Positions 1 to 16,634 of a stretch of 64,000 nt of DNA are shown here, one piece after another. Position 1 is the stretch's first letter, and the number at the start of each line of letters is the position of its first letter. The notes beneath the pieces are model-generated. The model saw nothing but the letters and a program-made list of their open reading frames with translations. It searched no databases and was not told the origin of the DNA. Origin of the DNA: the human T2T-CHM13v2.0 reference genome, Homo sapiens. The stretch lies in the NCBI RefSeq assembly GCF_009914755.1, contig NC_060945.1; one strand, 5' to 3'. The position numbers and the translations under genes are program-made.

Positions 1-373
1 GCATGCGTGGGCGACTGTTGAGTAGAGACTTCTGGCTGAGCCATGATCTCAATCAGCTACTGCTGGGAGGTCGGGACGACAGCTTTCTGCCTCTAGTTGG
101 CCCTTGGTTTCCCCAAGAAAATTGAAAGTGGAAGCTGGCTCCAGGCAGACCAATGTCCCCAACAACCCCAGAAGGGTTGGGGGTTGTTAGAAAGCCCTTC
201 CCCAGATAGCCTCACACCTGAGTCTTAAGTCAGGCGGCCACGCTAATCGTTTTTAACTGGCCGACAGGTGTCCGGTATTTTCCTCCACCTCTAAGGAAGG
301 CTAGGACAGTATAGCAAGCGAAAGTGGTCCAATATTACTCACTGCTTTGGATGTCCCTTCGTGGTTGCCAAAA
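1..373 (-). mobile_element. HERV-W (HERV17) internal 5' leader, continuing off the window start
   Basis: The minus strand reads TGGCAACCACGAAGGGAC-ATCCAAAGCAGTGAGTAATATTGGACCACTTTCGCTTGCTAT..., which I recognise as the HERV-W leader. The major splice-donor-like GTGAGT at 342-337 is retained, so the copy is unspliced. Confidence 0.9.
353..370 (-). other. Retroviral primer-binding site TGGCAACCACGAAGGGAC (tRNA-Arg-like)
   Basis: 18-mer starting TGG, 3 nt after the LTR terminal CA (375-374). The tRNA assignment is from memory. Confidence 0.75.
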
Positions 374-892
<519 letters not shown>

Positions 893-900
893 CCCATCCC

Positions 901-998
901 TCTTTTTCTATCTCTACTTTTTCTCAATTATCTTCAGCTCAAAATAATTTATATGCCAAAATGGCATATTTTGGGGTGGCATATCCTAATCCCTTTCA
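901..998 (-). mobile_element. MER34-like ERV1 LTR 5' fragment (host of the HERV-W insertion)
   Basis: Minus strand TGAAAGGGATTAGGATATGCCACCCCAAAATATGCCATTTTGGCATA, typical of MER34-group LTR starts. Confidence 0.55.
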
Positions 999-1540
999 GC
1001 ATAGAGGTTTATTTTTTTGAATCAATAACTGAGGAATAATTATTCTTACTAAAACTCAATAATTCAACTCAGAAGGGTCTTCCAAAGAAGTTGGTCTCCC
1101 AGCATGCTCTGGGTTCTGTTTGCTTGCTGATGGAACACAGTTAACATAGCTCACGGGACTCGTGATGCTTGCGTGCTGTGAATAATAAGACACTTTCGGA
1201 ATGGGGGCTCAGCACACTGTCAGGGCTCTCAGAGTTTGCCATTGTTATCATTATTATTATTAGCTATCATTGTTTTTATTGCCTACTATTACAATTTCTA
1301 ACATGCCTCTATTCGCCCTTCAAGTGAGTAAAACATTCCTCAGAACTTGCCTGGCAAAAGCACCTTGGAGAAGTTCAGGCTGCTGGTGAGGGTCTAGGGC
1401 TGACCCCAGCACGCCCTAAGGAAGGTCAGCCCAAGGGCAGGCACTTGGCTTGGTTAGTTGCTTTCTCCTGCCTAGGCTAAGTGTTAAGTGCTCTCTGAAT
1501 AGCCACTGCATAAAATTAGTGGATAACACAACTAACCTGG

Positions 1541-1886
1541 TGAATTAGTCTGTTTTCACGCTGCTGAAGTCATACCCGAGACCGGGAAGAAAGAGTTTTA
1601 ATGAACTCACAGCTCCATGTGGCTGGGGAGGCCTCACAATCATGGCCGAAGGTGAAAGGCACTTCTTACATGGCAGCAGCAAGAGCGAATCAGAGAGCCA
1701 AGCAAAAGGGATTTCCCCTTATAAAACCATCAGAACTCATGAGACTTATTCACTACCAGAGAACAGTATGGGGAAACTGCCGCCATGATTCAGTTATCTC
1801 CCACCAGGTCCCTCCCACAACAGGTGGGAATTATGGGAGGACAATTCAAGATGAGATTTGGGTGGGGACACAGCCAAACCATATCA
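1541..1886 (-). mobile_element. THE1 (MaLR) solo LTR
   Basis: The minus strand begins TGATATGGTTTGGCTGTGTCCCCACCCAAATCTC. 5-bp TSD CCTGG at 1536-1540 and 1887-1891. Confidence 0.92.
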
Positions 1887-2540
1887 CCTGGCCACATGGC
1901 CTGGGGGTTCCAGGAACCTGGAAGTGGACTTAACTGTAATATCAAAGAAGAAGCTCCTCTGCCAACACTGACTTAGCAGAACTGTTTAATGAATTAGTTA
2001 CTTAGGAATGACGGGAGTTACCTCCAAGTTAATAAGGATGATGAAAATTCATTATTTACACAAGGAAACCCACAGAACCAGGCAAGAGACCACCTAAAAT
2101 TTTGTTCACCTAAAATTCTAGAGTTCTTTGAGCAAACCAAATGAGTGGTTGTATCATTTTAAATTCACAGGAATAGATAGGAAGTCTAGGTCATTAACAT
2201 AATTTGTGCTCTCAGTTCATTTTTCAAGTGGGCTTCCTATTGCATTTTTCTTCTGATTCAGTTGAGCTAGGGTGACAACTCCTAAATGTGTGATATTTTC
2301 AGCTAAGTGCTAGTGTCCAAGGACAAGGCAACTCTGGAAAGAAAATGGTTTAAGTGAGCAGTAGCCAGAGAAACAGAGTGCACATGAAAAACTCTGGCAA
2401 AAAAAAAAAAAACCGATTCCTGTTAAAAATGGCTTTTAACACTGAAGCACTGAAGGATTAAATGTTCATAATTTAGAATTGATGATTATACCAGATTTTC
2501 AGATATGGCCATTTTCTGTGGAGGGAGAAACACTACTCTC

Positions 2541-3185
<645 letters not shown>

Positions 3186-3587
3186 GCTAGAAAATAATGT
3201 GCTAGTTGTGAAAAGGAATGATTTTCACACTATAATTTTTTTATTTTAATGGAGTGGTTGTGGTCAACTGAAGTTCCACCAGAAGTAAGGAAAACAGCCA
3301 GTGAGGTTAGCAGTAAGCCTCAGCACTCACTGAATTGTGACGTGCAGCTGAAGTCATCCTGAGAAAGTTGCATTGGATGACAAAAAGGACACAAATGAGA
3401 CAAGTGTCTGGTTATTGTATAACACACACAAAAATTAACTTTTCTGCTACCTTCTTAGGTTCAGCACCAGGCGCCTGCGGAAGAAACATAAAAGACAAAT
3501 TAACGGGAGAAAAAAAATGTTTATGCCTTATGCATATGGGAGCCAACAAAGGAAGTAGCTGGCTCATTAATAGAGTTAAAGAGTTAA

Positions 3588-4655
<1,068 letters not shown>

Positions 4656-4827
4656 CCTTCAACTGGAAGGAAGAGCATTCTCCGCCTCCCCTGGCCCCAT
4701 TTACTTGCTTCTTGGTCTTTAAATATGTTAGCTATATCTTCCATTGGTGCCTATTACATGCAGAAATCCTTGATTCTGAGTTCCCTGACAAGATTATCAA
4801 AAAGGACCATTAAAAAAGCAGACCTTT

Positions 4828-4995
4828 GACTGGGTGTGGTGGCTCCCACCTGTAATCCCGGCACTTTGGAAGGCTGAGGCTGGAGGACTGCTTGAGCCTA
4901 GGAGCTCAAGGTTGCAGTGACCTATGATCGTGCCACTGCACTCCAGCCTGGGTAACAGAGCAAGACACTGTCTCCAAAAAAAAAAAAAAAAAAAA
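4828..4995 (+). mobile_element. Alu monomer (FRAM/AluJ-like) with poly-A
   Basis: Single arm ending GCACTCCAGCCTGGGTAACAGAGCAAGAC plus an A-tail. Confidence 0.85.
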
Positions 4996-6127
4996 GCAGT
5001 TCAGTATGGTGCTGAACATCAGGTTCTTGGGACACAGTCTTCCAGAACTGTCACAGTGCTCTGCAAAGCCACGTTCCTGTGTTCATCTCCTAGCACTTGG
5101 GGGTGGGGGGTTGGAGCTCTGCCCTATCCACCAGTCCTCCAGCAAATGCCATGGAAGCCACACTTACTCCTAATGGCTGTCTCATCCAGAGGACGCACCC
5201 TCGGGACTTTTTTCTTTCTTAAGAGGATTTGTTCTTGTGGATGTCAAGGTGCCTGGCTGGGAGAAGGAGCCAGTTCCACCAGCCGCTGGGCCTTTGCTGG
5301 AGGCAAGGTCAGTCAGCCAGGCAGCATGTTTTGGGCAGGAAGGATCTGTCAGCCTCCAGCTGGTGGAAGAGGACCAGGGCGGGAGCTGAGCAGTGCCTTG
5401 ACTCCGAAGGACTTGGAAGAGGAGGGAGAGGGAGTGGAGGCCGGAGTGGAGAGGATAGACTGGCCCTGAGGCCTCTGCGTTCCCAGCCCGGGGCCTGGAC
5501 TTCCTGTGTTTGGCTGCTGTTTGGAGCTTGGTGATGATTAATGAGGAAATACGCACTCTGAAGAGCTTATACCTCCCTGGACTGTGAGGCCACATCTGCA
5601 TTTATAACACAGTCTGTGATGTGACAGAGCCATTTCTTGAGGAACTTTGGTTCTGGTGAGGCAGCATCAGGACTCTCTAGAGGCCAGACAAGAGTGTGTT
5701 TCTACATTTGTATGGAGAGAGGACAAGAGCCACGAAGAGGCCTTTAGGAAATGAAGCACCCTTGCTGAAGCCCTCCAAAGGGTTTACCTGTCATCTGGGG
5801 TAAGACAACTCCAGTTTGTGGCTCCCCTGTGACAGGTGTTTGCCAAGTGAGTTTCTCCATAGGGCCCCTCAAGCCCCGCACAGGCCGTTATCTGGGTTTC
5901 CCAGGAAAGTGCTGGACATTTGCACACATGATCTTCGCTTTCCAACTTCCACAGAGTTAAAAACTACAAGCGTGGGCTTCTCTGAGAAGTTCAGAATTTC
6001 TGGATGGTTTCTAATCAGTGAGTGTCGCTTTCACAGTGAACTGTTCTTGGGATGGGTTGAAAGCTGAGACTTGGCTGAAATTTGATGGGCTGGGTGGGGT
6101 GGGGTCAGGATTCAATTAATAGAAAGT

Positions 6128-6213
6128 TTTTAAAAAAACTTTTACCGACTTCGAGGGTACAAATGCAGTTTTGTTACATGGAGATATTGTGCAGTGGGGA
6201 AGTCTGGGCTTTT
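6128..6213 (-). mobile_element. Short L1 3'-end fragment
   Basis: GGGTACAAATGCAGTTTTGTTACATGGAGATATTG, an L1PB/L1MA-type 3' UTR end. Confidence 0.55.
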
Positions 6214-6470
6214 GGAAAGGACTGACTCATGACGTCTGCCATTCATTGGACAAGCTTGTAAATGCCTTTTCCACCCTCTAATGAGAAGCCTTAGGGAAAG
6301 TAGAATTGTCCCAAAGTCTCTGGAGGTTCTGAGAAGGCCGACCCTGAATGCAAGATGCTCAGAGCTGGAGTCTTCCGAGTGCAGGAGAAATGCCAGCACC
6401 TTTTTATTGAGCCGTGGCGGTGTCCAGGTTGCTCCTTAGTCCCTTGCATGGTTTTTGTTACAGCTATTTC

Positions 6471-8822
6471 TTTCTTCTTTTTTTCTTTACTTTTAAAAAA
6501 TTTCAATAGTTTTTGGGGTACTGGTGGTTTTTGGTTACATGAATAAGTTCTTAAATGGTGATTTCTGAGACGTTAGTGCACCTGTCACCCGAGCAGTGTA
6601 CACTGTGCCTAATATGTAGTCTTTTATCCCTCACCCCGTTCCTCCCTGAGTCCCCAAAGTCCATTGTGTCATTCTTGTGCCTTTGCATCCTCATAGCTTA
6701 GCTCCCACTTATAAGTGAGAACATATGATGTTTGGTTTTCCATTCCTGAGTTACTTCACTTAGAATAATGGCCTCCAGCTCCATCCAAGGTGCTGCAAAA
6801 TATGTTATTTTATTCCTTTTTTTTATGACTAAGTAGTAGTCCATGGTGTATATATACCGCATTTTCTTTATCTACTCATTGGCTGCTGGGCATTTAGGTT
6901 GGTTTCATATTGTTGCAATTGCAATTGTGCTGCTATAAACATGCATGTGCAAGCGTCTTTTTCATGTAACGACTTCTTTTCCTTTGGGTAGATACCCAGT
7001 AATGGGATTGCTGGATCAGATGGTAGTTTTACTTTTAGTTCTTTAAGGAACCTCCTACTGTTTTTCATAGTGGTTGTATAATTTACATTCCCAGCAGTGT
7101 AAAAGTATTCCCTTTCACCACATCCACACCAACATTTATGGCTTTGTCTTTTATGATAATTCTTGCAGGAGTAAGGCAGCATCTCATTGTGGTTTTAACT
7201 TGCACTTCCCTGATTAGTGATGTTGAGTATTTTTCATATGTTTGTTGGCTGTTTGTATATCTTCTTTTGAGAATTGTCTATTCATGTTCTTTGCCCACTT
7301 TTTGATAGACTTATTCTTTTTTTTTTCTTGCTGATTTGTTTTAGTTCCTTGTAGATTCTGGATACTAGTCCTTTGTTGGAGGCATAGTTTGCAAATATTT
7401 CCCCCCACTCTGTGGGTTGTGTGTTTACTCTGCTGATTATTTCTTTTGCTGTGCAGAAGCTTTTTAGTTTAACTAGGTCCTATTTATTTATTTTTTGCAT
7501 TTGCTTTTGAGGTCTTAGTCATTAATTCTTTGCCTAAGCTAGTGTCCAGGCATTTTTTCTGATGCCATTTTCTAGAATTCTTAGAGTTTCGGGTCATAGA
7601 TTTAAGTCTTTCATCTATCTTGAGTTAGTTTTTGTATAAGGTGAGAGATGGGGATCCAGTTTCATTCTTCTATGTGTGGCTTGCCAATTACCCCAGGATC
7701 ATTTATTTAATAGGGTGTCCTCTCCTCAATTTATTTTTTTTGTATGCTCGGTTGAAGATCAGTTGGCTGTAAGTATTTGGCTTTATTTCTGAGTTCTCTA
7801 TTTTGTTCCATTAGTCTATGTGCCTATTTTTATACCAGTACCAAGCTGTTTTGGTAAGTATAGCCTTGTAGTATAATTTGAAGTCAGGTAATGTGAAGCC
7901 TCCAGATTTATACTCTACAGTTGTTGGGAAGAATGTTCTGTAAATATCTGTAAGTTCCATTTGTTCTAGGGTATAGTTTATGTCCATTGTTTCTTTGTTG
8001 ACTTTCTGCCTTGATGATCTGTCTAGTGTTATCACTGGGGTATTGAAGTCCCCCACTATTATTGTGTTGCTGTCTATCTAATATTGTAGGTCTAGTAGTA
8101 ATTGTTTTTAAAATCTGGGTGCTCCATTGTTAGGTGCATATAAATTTAGGATTGTAATATCTTCTTGTTGGATTAATTCTTTTATCACTATATAATGCCC
8201 TTCTTTGTCTTTTTTTTTTAACTGTTGTTGCTTTAAAGTCTGTTTTGTCCGAAATAAGAATAGCTACTTTTGCTTGCTTTTGGTTTCCATTTGTGTGAAA
8301 TATCTTTCTCCAACCTTTCACCTTGAGTTTATGTGAGTGCTTAGGTGTTAGCTGAATCTCTTGAAGACAGTAGATATTTGGTTGGTGTTTTTTTTGTTTT
8401 TTTTTAGTCCTTTCTGCCATTTTTAATCTTTTAAGTGGAACATTTAGGCCATTTACATTAGGTCAATATTAAGATGTGAGGTACTGTTGTATTCATCATG
8501 TTAGTTGTTACCTAGATACTTCTATTTTTAATTGTGTTATTGTTTTATAGACCCTGTGAGATTTATGCTTTAAGCAGGTTCTATTTGGGTGCATATCAAA
8601 CTTCTGTTTCAAGATTTAGAACTCCTTTTAGCATTTCTTGTAGTGCTGGTTTGGTAGTGGCAAATGCCTTTAGCATTTTTTGTCTGAAAAAGACTTTATC
8701 TCTCATTTATGAAGCTTAGTTTTGCTGGGTATAAGATTCTTGACTGACAATCATTTTGTTTAAAGAGGCTAAAGATAGGACTTCAATCCCTTCTGGCTTA
8801 TAAGGCTTCTGCTGAGGAATCT
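6471..8822 (-). mobile_element. L1PB-like element, 5'-truncated, with a large internal deletion
   Basis: Antisense 3' UTR at ~6480; degenerate ORF2 C-terminus ([21 protein letters not shown]); endonuclease motifs (GDFNTP, CLQE, KVKGW); ORF1 C-terminal remnant at ~8600-8820. Confidence 0.9.
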
Positions 8823-9772
8823 GTATGGCTATTTCCCACCAACCTTGAGCAGGCACTTGCCCCCTATTGTTTGTTTTTGAGCTTCTTGCCATTGCCCCAA
8901 ACATGACATTTTCTGCCACTTTTGAAGACTCCATTATCAAGCCGTTTCCAATAATCCAAAAATAAGGGGCTGAGTGCGATCTCAAAAGCACCAATGTTCT
9001 TTCTGAGAGGACTAGCTTGGTGAGTCCTGGCTGATCTTCTGAGTGTGTTTGCCTCTCGTCAGGACAGGGAGGAATTGGTGGGTGGCTAAATCCTGTCTAT
9101 TTAATACAGTTTAATAAGACTAAAGACTTTAAGAATAAAAGATTTTTCAACTAAGTGTAGGTAATTCAAGTCTGCTATAATGAAATGAAAGACAAGTTAA
9201 ATCTCAAGTCCTGTTCAGACTACCCCACAGGGATATTCATGAACAATACCCGGCATATGTCTTTAATTAAAACAGCTTGTCTGATTTCAGTTAAACTTGA
9301 AATCAGCTTTATGACAGTGTTCCAACTGCATACACCCTTCAAATGCTATCCCCTCTCAAATCCATATCTGTAGCAGCCTCACTGCTTGGTTCCTGGAGCT
9401 CTGAGGGTGTTTTTGCACTGCCTGCCCTGTGATTCTGCTAGACTCCTCTTTCATACAGAGATGAAATGTGGATGACATGTGAGGGTATTGGCAGAATGGA
9501 GTGTTGAGTAAGTTAAGCAATCTGTTCTTAGTCTGTTGCCTGACTCTACCTGCTTGTCGGGGACTAGAAGTCTTTCCTAACAGACCTTAATCTATTGCTG
9601 TGTCATTTTCTGTAACACTGGGTTCACACTTGGCAGTGACTGCTTTTGGTAAAATATGTAATTTTTTACAACTGGACGACTCAATTTCTCCTTCATCCTC
9701 TGCTAGAGCCTGACATTCCAGATGACTACTTGTGGAGTTGTGTTAATCGAACCTTAAAAATTATTAAATGAT

Positions 9773-10266
<494 letters not shown>

Positions 10267-10281
10267 TCAAACCTTATATTA

Positions 10282-10608
<327 letters not shown>

Positions 10609-11399
10609 TTATAGTTTAGTGCACACGTTGAATTTTGCTTTCTAAAGACCTCAGAGAAACAAAGGGGTGGAAACCCCACATTCTTTCTCGAGGCTGTGAA
10701 TACCCAGTAATGCACTTAAATGCTAAATGCAGGTCATGGGCCTGAGAATCTTTGCTGTCCTTCACGCTGACACTGTGGGTTTCATTCAGTAACTTGGATG
10801 AGATGTCCGCAGATCAAGGTGTGGTAGTTGTTTTCCCATCACAGTTTCAATTCTTGTATTTTTGCTTCTGGGTTGGCTGTGGGGTCTGCCTTCTAGGGCC
10901 TGTCAGAAAAGAAAGGAGACTGGAGCCCTGGATGTGCGTTGTCAGCACATTATAAAGTCTCTCCTCAAAGTCCCTGATGGGACCTGTCACCTCATATTCT
11001 GGAGGGACGGGTGGACGAGACTCGCAGGGCTGTGGAATGTGTGTAGATGCCAAAGCTGAAATGAGAACCGTCCAGGTCACTGGACTCCACTCATTGGTGC
11101 TGTGGAGGAATGTTTGCAATAAAGAGACCCTTTCCTGAGGCTAAGGAGTATTGTTTTGCGGGTGGTTCATGACATGTTCAGCACATAGGTGATCTAACCC
11201 TGAATCTTCCAGGAGGATACATCAGTACTGGGGAGTGTCTTGGATAAGCCTCTCCTAGGGGAGAGAAAAAAGCAAAAAGGAAAAAATGCAAGGGTAGAGG
11301 GTGACCAAGAGGGCATCAAAGAACAAAGGGGGTTGGAAGGAAAGAACAAGAGGTATACATGGCAGAATCCTCATGTGCTGTCAATGGTCTGGCCAGGCC

Positions 11400-11790
11400 T
11401 TACCCCATCTATCCTGGCCTCCCTGAACTCTGACCTCACCCCTTCCACCCACCCCTGTCTGCCACAGAGCCTTCTCTGCAGTTCATCAAGCACAGCAGGC
11501 ACAGTCCCCCCCGAGAGCCTTAGTACCTGCTTTTTCCTCTGCTGGGAAAGTTCTTCCTGCAGGTGTCCAATGCGGCGGCTGTTGTCTCACCTCATTCGCT
11601 GTGCATGGTGCACCTTCCCGGGGGCTTTTCTCTGACTACCCTGTTTGAAGTGGTAGCTGGTCCCCCTCCTTGCCCTGTTTCTCCCCACACCTATTGCCAC
11701 CTTCTAATAGGCCATATCATCTATTTATTCATTCGGTTGCCTGTCTTTCCTTTTGAGAATGTGAGCTCATGAGGGCAGGATTTTTTCTCA
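11400..11790 (+). mobile_element. L2 3' fragment
   Basis: GAGAATGTGAGCTCATGAGGGCAGGA, the L2 3'-end motif. Confidence 0.6.
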
Positions 11791-11922
11791 GTGATTAGTG
11801 ATTGAAACGAATGTAATAAGCCCATGATCTGCATTTTGGTCAGTCATTCAGAGGTGAGGCTACACCATCTGCATCCCTTCATGATGCAGGTGGGCTGGCG
11901 GGTGGCGTAAGACGATTTCAAC

Positions 11923-12400
<478 letters not shown>

Positions 12401-12523
12401 ATCCAATGTGTCCATGGGCACACACCAGCTGCGGGGGGTGGGGGTGGCGGTGGGCACAGAAGACTTCTGAACGGTAGATGCTTGTCAGTGATGGGTTGTT
12501 GCCTGCTTGCTTTATTTTCCCAG

Positions 12524-12600
12524 GGCCAGGAAGAACATATGGAGGTGCAGGGCTGAGGGAAAGCTGTCCTGACTGTGCTGGTCGTCCTGGCACATAGGGA
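12524..12600 (+). pseudogene. Putative decayed ancestral IGSF5 signal-peptide exon ([18 protein letters not shown])
   Basis: Acceptor tttattttcccag|G at 12523; ATG at 12539 with +4 G; in-frame TGA at 12554-12556; hydrophobic [10 protein letters not shown]; no phase-1 GT donor after the hydrophobic core. Confidence 0.65.
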
Positions 12601-14047
12601 TCGCCTGAGCTTGGTGGGCTGTTCACCAACGTCCACTTGGAGTGTAGGGGGAAGACAAGGGCCACAGGAGGCCGCTGGAACACACAACTGCCAGAAGGGT
12701 CTTTCTCAGCCTCTTCCCACTGCATCCCTTCCCATGGTGACCTCTTCTGTGGGGCCCATTTCCTCCTGCATTGACTCGACTCCCAGAACGGTCCTTCAGG
12801 TGCAGGGGATCTCCCCCATCCTCACCAGGGCCATCACTGTCCTGGGAGTCTGCATTAGGTTCCTTCCCACAAGTTGTTGCACCTGCTGAAATGTCCCTTC
12901 CCCTCCCTCATTTCTCACCTCTTCAATTTCTATCTGGGCTTCGAGGAAGACCTGACTCAGAAATCACCTCCTCCCTGAAGCCTCCTAAACCTTGCCATTT
13001 TCAGGGCGAGAATCTCAGTTTCCATTTACTGACAGGGTAAGGGTTCTGTTGTGTGTGACACTTCCTCTTCCTCACCACCCCAGCGCTCTCCAACGGTGTC
13101 AGCTGGAGTGAACTCCTGTGTGTGCAAGGCCTGGGTCTCCTGGTCAGACTACTTTCTATGCGAAAGGCATAGTGTATAGTCTATACACTATACATAGGGG
13201 TGCTGGGAGGAACTGGGGTTTTCACAGCCAGCTTTGGTTTTCATTAGGTTTGTTTAGTTTCCATTGCTTCAGGGGTGTTAGTTTTGTGTTCACAACTAGA
13301 TTATAAACTCCTCTTGCATTCCTGATGGCAGTGACTTGAAGGCATTTATTTGAAGAATAATAGACATACAGAAAGGGGCACATGTCATAAAGGTACAGCT
13401 GGACGACTTTTCACAAAGTGAGCACATTTGTATGATCGATGTTGAGACCAAGAGCATTCAGTGGACAACTCCTTTCCAGTTACTCCACCCCACTCCCAGT
13501 GACCATCATTCTGACTTCTAACTGTGTAGACATGTTTTGCTTGTTTTGTACTTTACAAACATATCTATTTTAGGTGGCTAGACAATGTGTTTTACAATGC
13601 TGGCCATGACAGTGTTTGAAAGAATAAAATGGAATCAAATAGAATGGGCAGTATCAGAGTGTGTTGCCTGCCTAAGAAATGTTTTGTGACATTTTGGCTT
13701 TGGGTCTATTTATACATTAAATCTAAGAGCACCAGAATGTGGTGTCAAAATGTGTTTGGGGATGAAGATATTCTAAAGACCTGTAGTAAGCAATGCAAAG
13801 CGTTCTGGAGGTGTTTATTAAACATTTGTTTGTAGAATGGAGAGGAAGACAAGGTCCCTGCTTGTGTAGAGCTTAGGGACTGACTGTAGGGTTAACAAAC
13901 CACCCTTAATGTACATCTTAGGCATATGGCACTGTATGGGCCTATTTCAGCCGTGGTTACAAAAAACTCTTCCAAAGGTTTGGTGGGCAGTGGATGAACT
14001 CTGGGTCTAGTGTTTCTGAGATACTTTTTCCTGAAAAAGCTGAGGCA

Positions 14048-14406
<359 letters not shown>

Positions 14407-14679
14407 CTATTTCAGGAGAGGAGAGTATATATGGGCTAATTCTAGAGCTCCTGAGGGTCCATCCCAAAATTTGTAATGAATGCAAATTTGTAATGAATAC
14501 CAAAGCGTTCAAATGCTTCATGTTGGAAAGTCTTATGGGTGGAGTCATTTTCATTTGTAGATATGGCTCTGAATATCCATTATCAACCTGTGTGTGCACC
14601 CATAAGTCTCTTCCCAGACCTCTCCTTGCCACCATTCCTACTGTATAATGGGTTATATAGAACTCAGCCACCATGTTTA

Positions 14680-14830
14680 TTCACTCAGTACATATTCACT
14701 GAGTAGTTGTTATGGATCACTTCTTTGTAGGCACTGGGATGTAAGATTGAGCAAAACCAGGCATTGTTCTTGTTGACATAGAACTTAGAGCCCAGTAGGG
14801 AAAACAGGCATTAATTGTGAGCAAAAGTAA
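14680..14830 (-). mobile_element. L2 3' fragment
   Basis: ATTCACTCAGTACATATTCACTGAG...GTAGGCACTGGGAT, an antisense L2 end. Confidence 0.5.
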
Positions 14831-15040
14831 ATACAAAACAACTACTGTGACAATTGTAACCCCCGAACAATCAGGCCAGGGGTTAGAGACTGCATTGCAG
14901 GCCGGTCACTGCACATGTGAGAGCCCTGAGGCCAGAAAGAGTTGATGAGGTTGATAAATTAAAGGAGGTCTGGTGATCGGAGGGTGAAGTTTGGGAAAAA
15001 TTGTAGCTGGAGAGAGAGTTGATGTGGGACTAAGTCAGGT

Positions 15041-15330
15041 CTTTTTTTTTTTAGACGGAGTCTCACTCTGTCGTCAGGCTGGAGTTCAGTGACGTGATCT
15101 CGGCTCACTGCAACCTCCGCCTCACATGTTAAAGCAATTCTCCTGCCTCAGCCTCCTGAGTAGCTGGGACTACAAATGCATGCCACCACGCCCAGCTAAT
15201 TTTTTGTATTTTGAGTAGAGACGGGGTTTCACTATGTTGGCCAGGATGGTCTCGATCTCTTGACCTCATGATCCGCCCACCTCGGCCTACCAAAGTGCTG
15301 GGATTACAGGCATGAGCCACCTTACCTGGC
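15041..15330 (-). mobile_element. AluSc-like
   Basis: Antisense Alu with the TCGTCAGGCTGG deletion pattern. Confidence 0.93.
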
Positions 15331-15399
15331 TGTCAAGTCTTAAAATATGATAATGTTAAGGATTATCTGTTTTTATCCTAAATGATGGAAATCTTTCAA

Positions 15400-16100
15400 A
15401 CAAAGTCTGGGCAATCCTTAGCAAAAAGAGCAAAGCTGGAAGCATCACATTACCCAACTTCAGCCTATACAACAAGGCTACAGTAATCAAAACAGCATGA
15501 CACTGGTACAAAAACAGACACATAGACCAATGGAACAGAATAGAGAACCCTAAAATAAACCCATACACCTACAACCATCTGACCTTTGACAAAATCAACA
15601 AAAGTAAACAATGGGGAAAGAACTGCCTATTCAATAAATGGTGCTGGGATAACCAGCTAGCCAAATGCAGAAGAATAAAACTAGGCCCTTACCTCTCACC
15701 ATTCAAAAATTAACTCAAGATGGACTAAAGATTTAAATGTAAAACTTCAAACTATGAAAATCCTAGAAGAAAACCTAGGAATTATCCTTCTTGACATTGG
15801 CTTTGGCGAAGAATTTATGGCTAAGTCTCCAAAAGCAATTGCAACAAAACCAAAAATTGACAAGTGGTATCCAATTAAGCTAAAGAGCTTCCATGCAGCA
15901 AGAGAAATTGCCAACAGAGTAAATGGATAGCCTACAGAATGGGAGAAAATGTTCACATATTCACAAACTATGCATCTGACAAAGGTCTAATATCCAGAAT
16001 CTGCAAGGAACTTAAATCAACAAGCACAAATCAAATAATCCAATTAAAAAATGGGCAAAGGACATGAACAGATACTTCTCAAAAGAAGATGTACAAGATG
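15400..16100 (+). mobile_element. L1 ORF2 3' fragment (older L1P)
   Basis: GCAAAAAGAGCAAAGCTGGAAGCATCACATTACC...TTCAATAAATGGTGCTGGG...TTCTCAAAAGAAGAT. Confidence 0.9.
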
Positions 16101-16129
16101 ATGGCATGAATAGGAGAAAGGGAATCTTT

Positions 16130-16427
16130 CCTTTCCTTTTCTTTTTTTGAGACAGAGTCTTGCTCTGTCGCCCAGGCTGGAGTTTAGTGGTGTAGTCATA
16201 GCTTGCGGCAGACTCAACTTCCTGGCCTTAAGCAATCCTCCTGTCTTGGCCTCCCAAATATCTAGGACCACAGGCACATGCTACTACACACTGCTATTTT
16301 TAATTTTTTTGTAGAGATGGGATATTGTTATGTTTTCCAGGATGGTCTTGAACTCCTGGCCTCAAGTGATCCTCCTGCCTTGACCTCCCAAAGTGCTAAG
16401 ATTACAGGTGTGAGCCACTGCATCCAG
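16130..16427 (-). mobile_element. AluJ
   Basis: Diverged antisense Alu. TSD GAAAGGGAATCTTT. Confidence 0.9.
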
Positions 16428-16634
16428 CTGAAAGGGAATCTTTTCAATGGTGGGTGGCAACCAGTTGTTTACTCGGAGATGCCTGGTAGGACAGGAGAGA
16501 AAGCAAGAGGGCAGGGCTCGAGATATGGATTTGAGAACTGGAGAGAGTTGGCATAAATAAGAATCTTCCAAGTGGATAAACTCCTATAAGGAAATCGTGT
16601 AGCCAGCAGAGGCCAGGATGTTGTGTTGGGTGAC

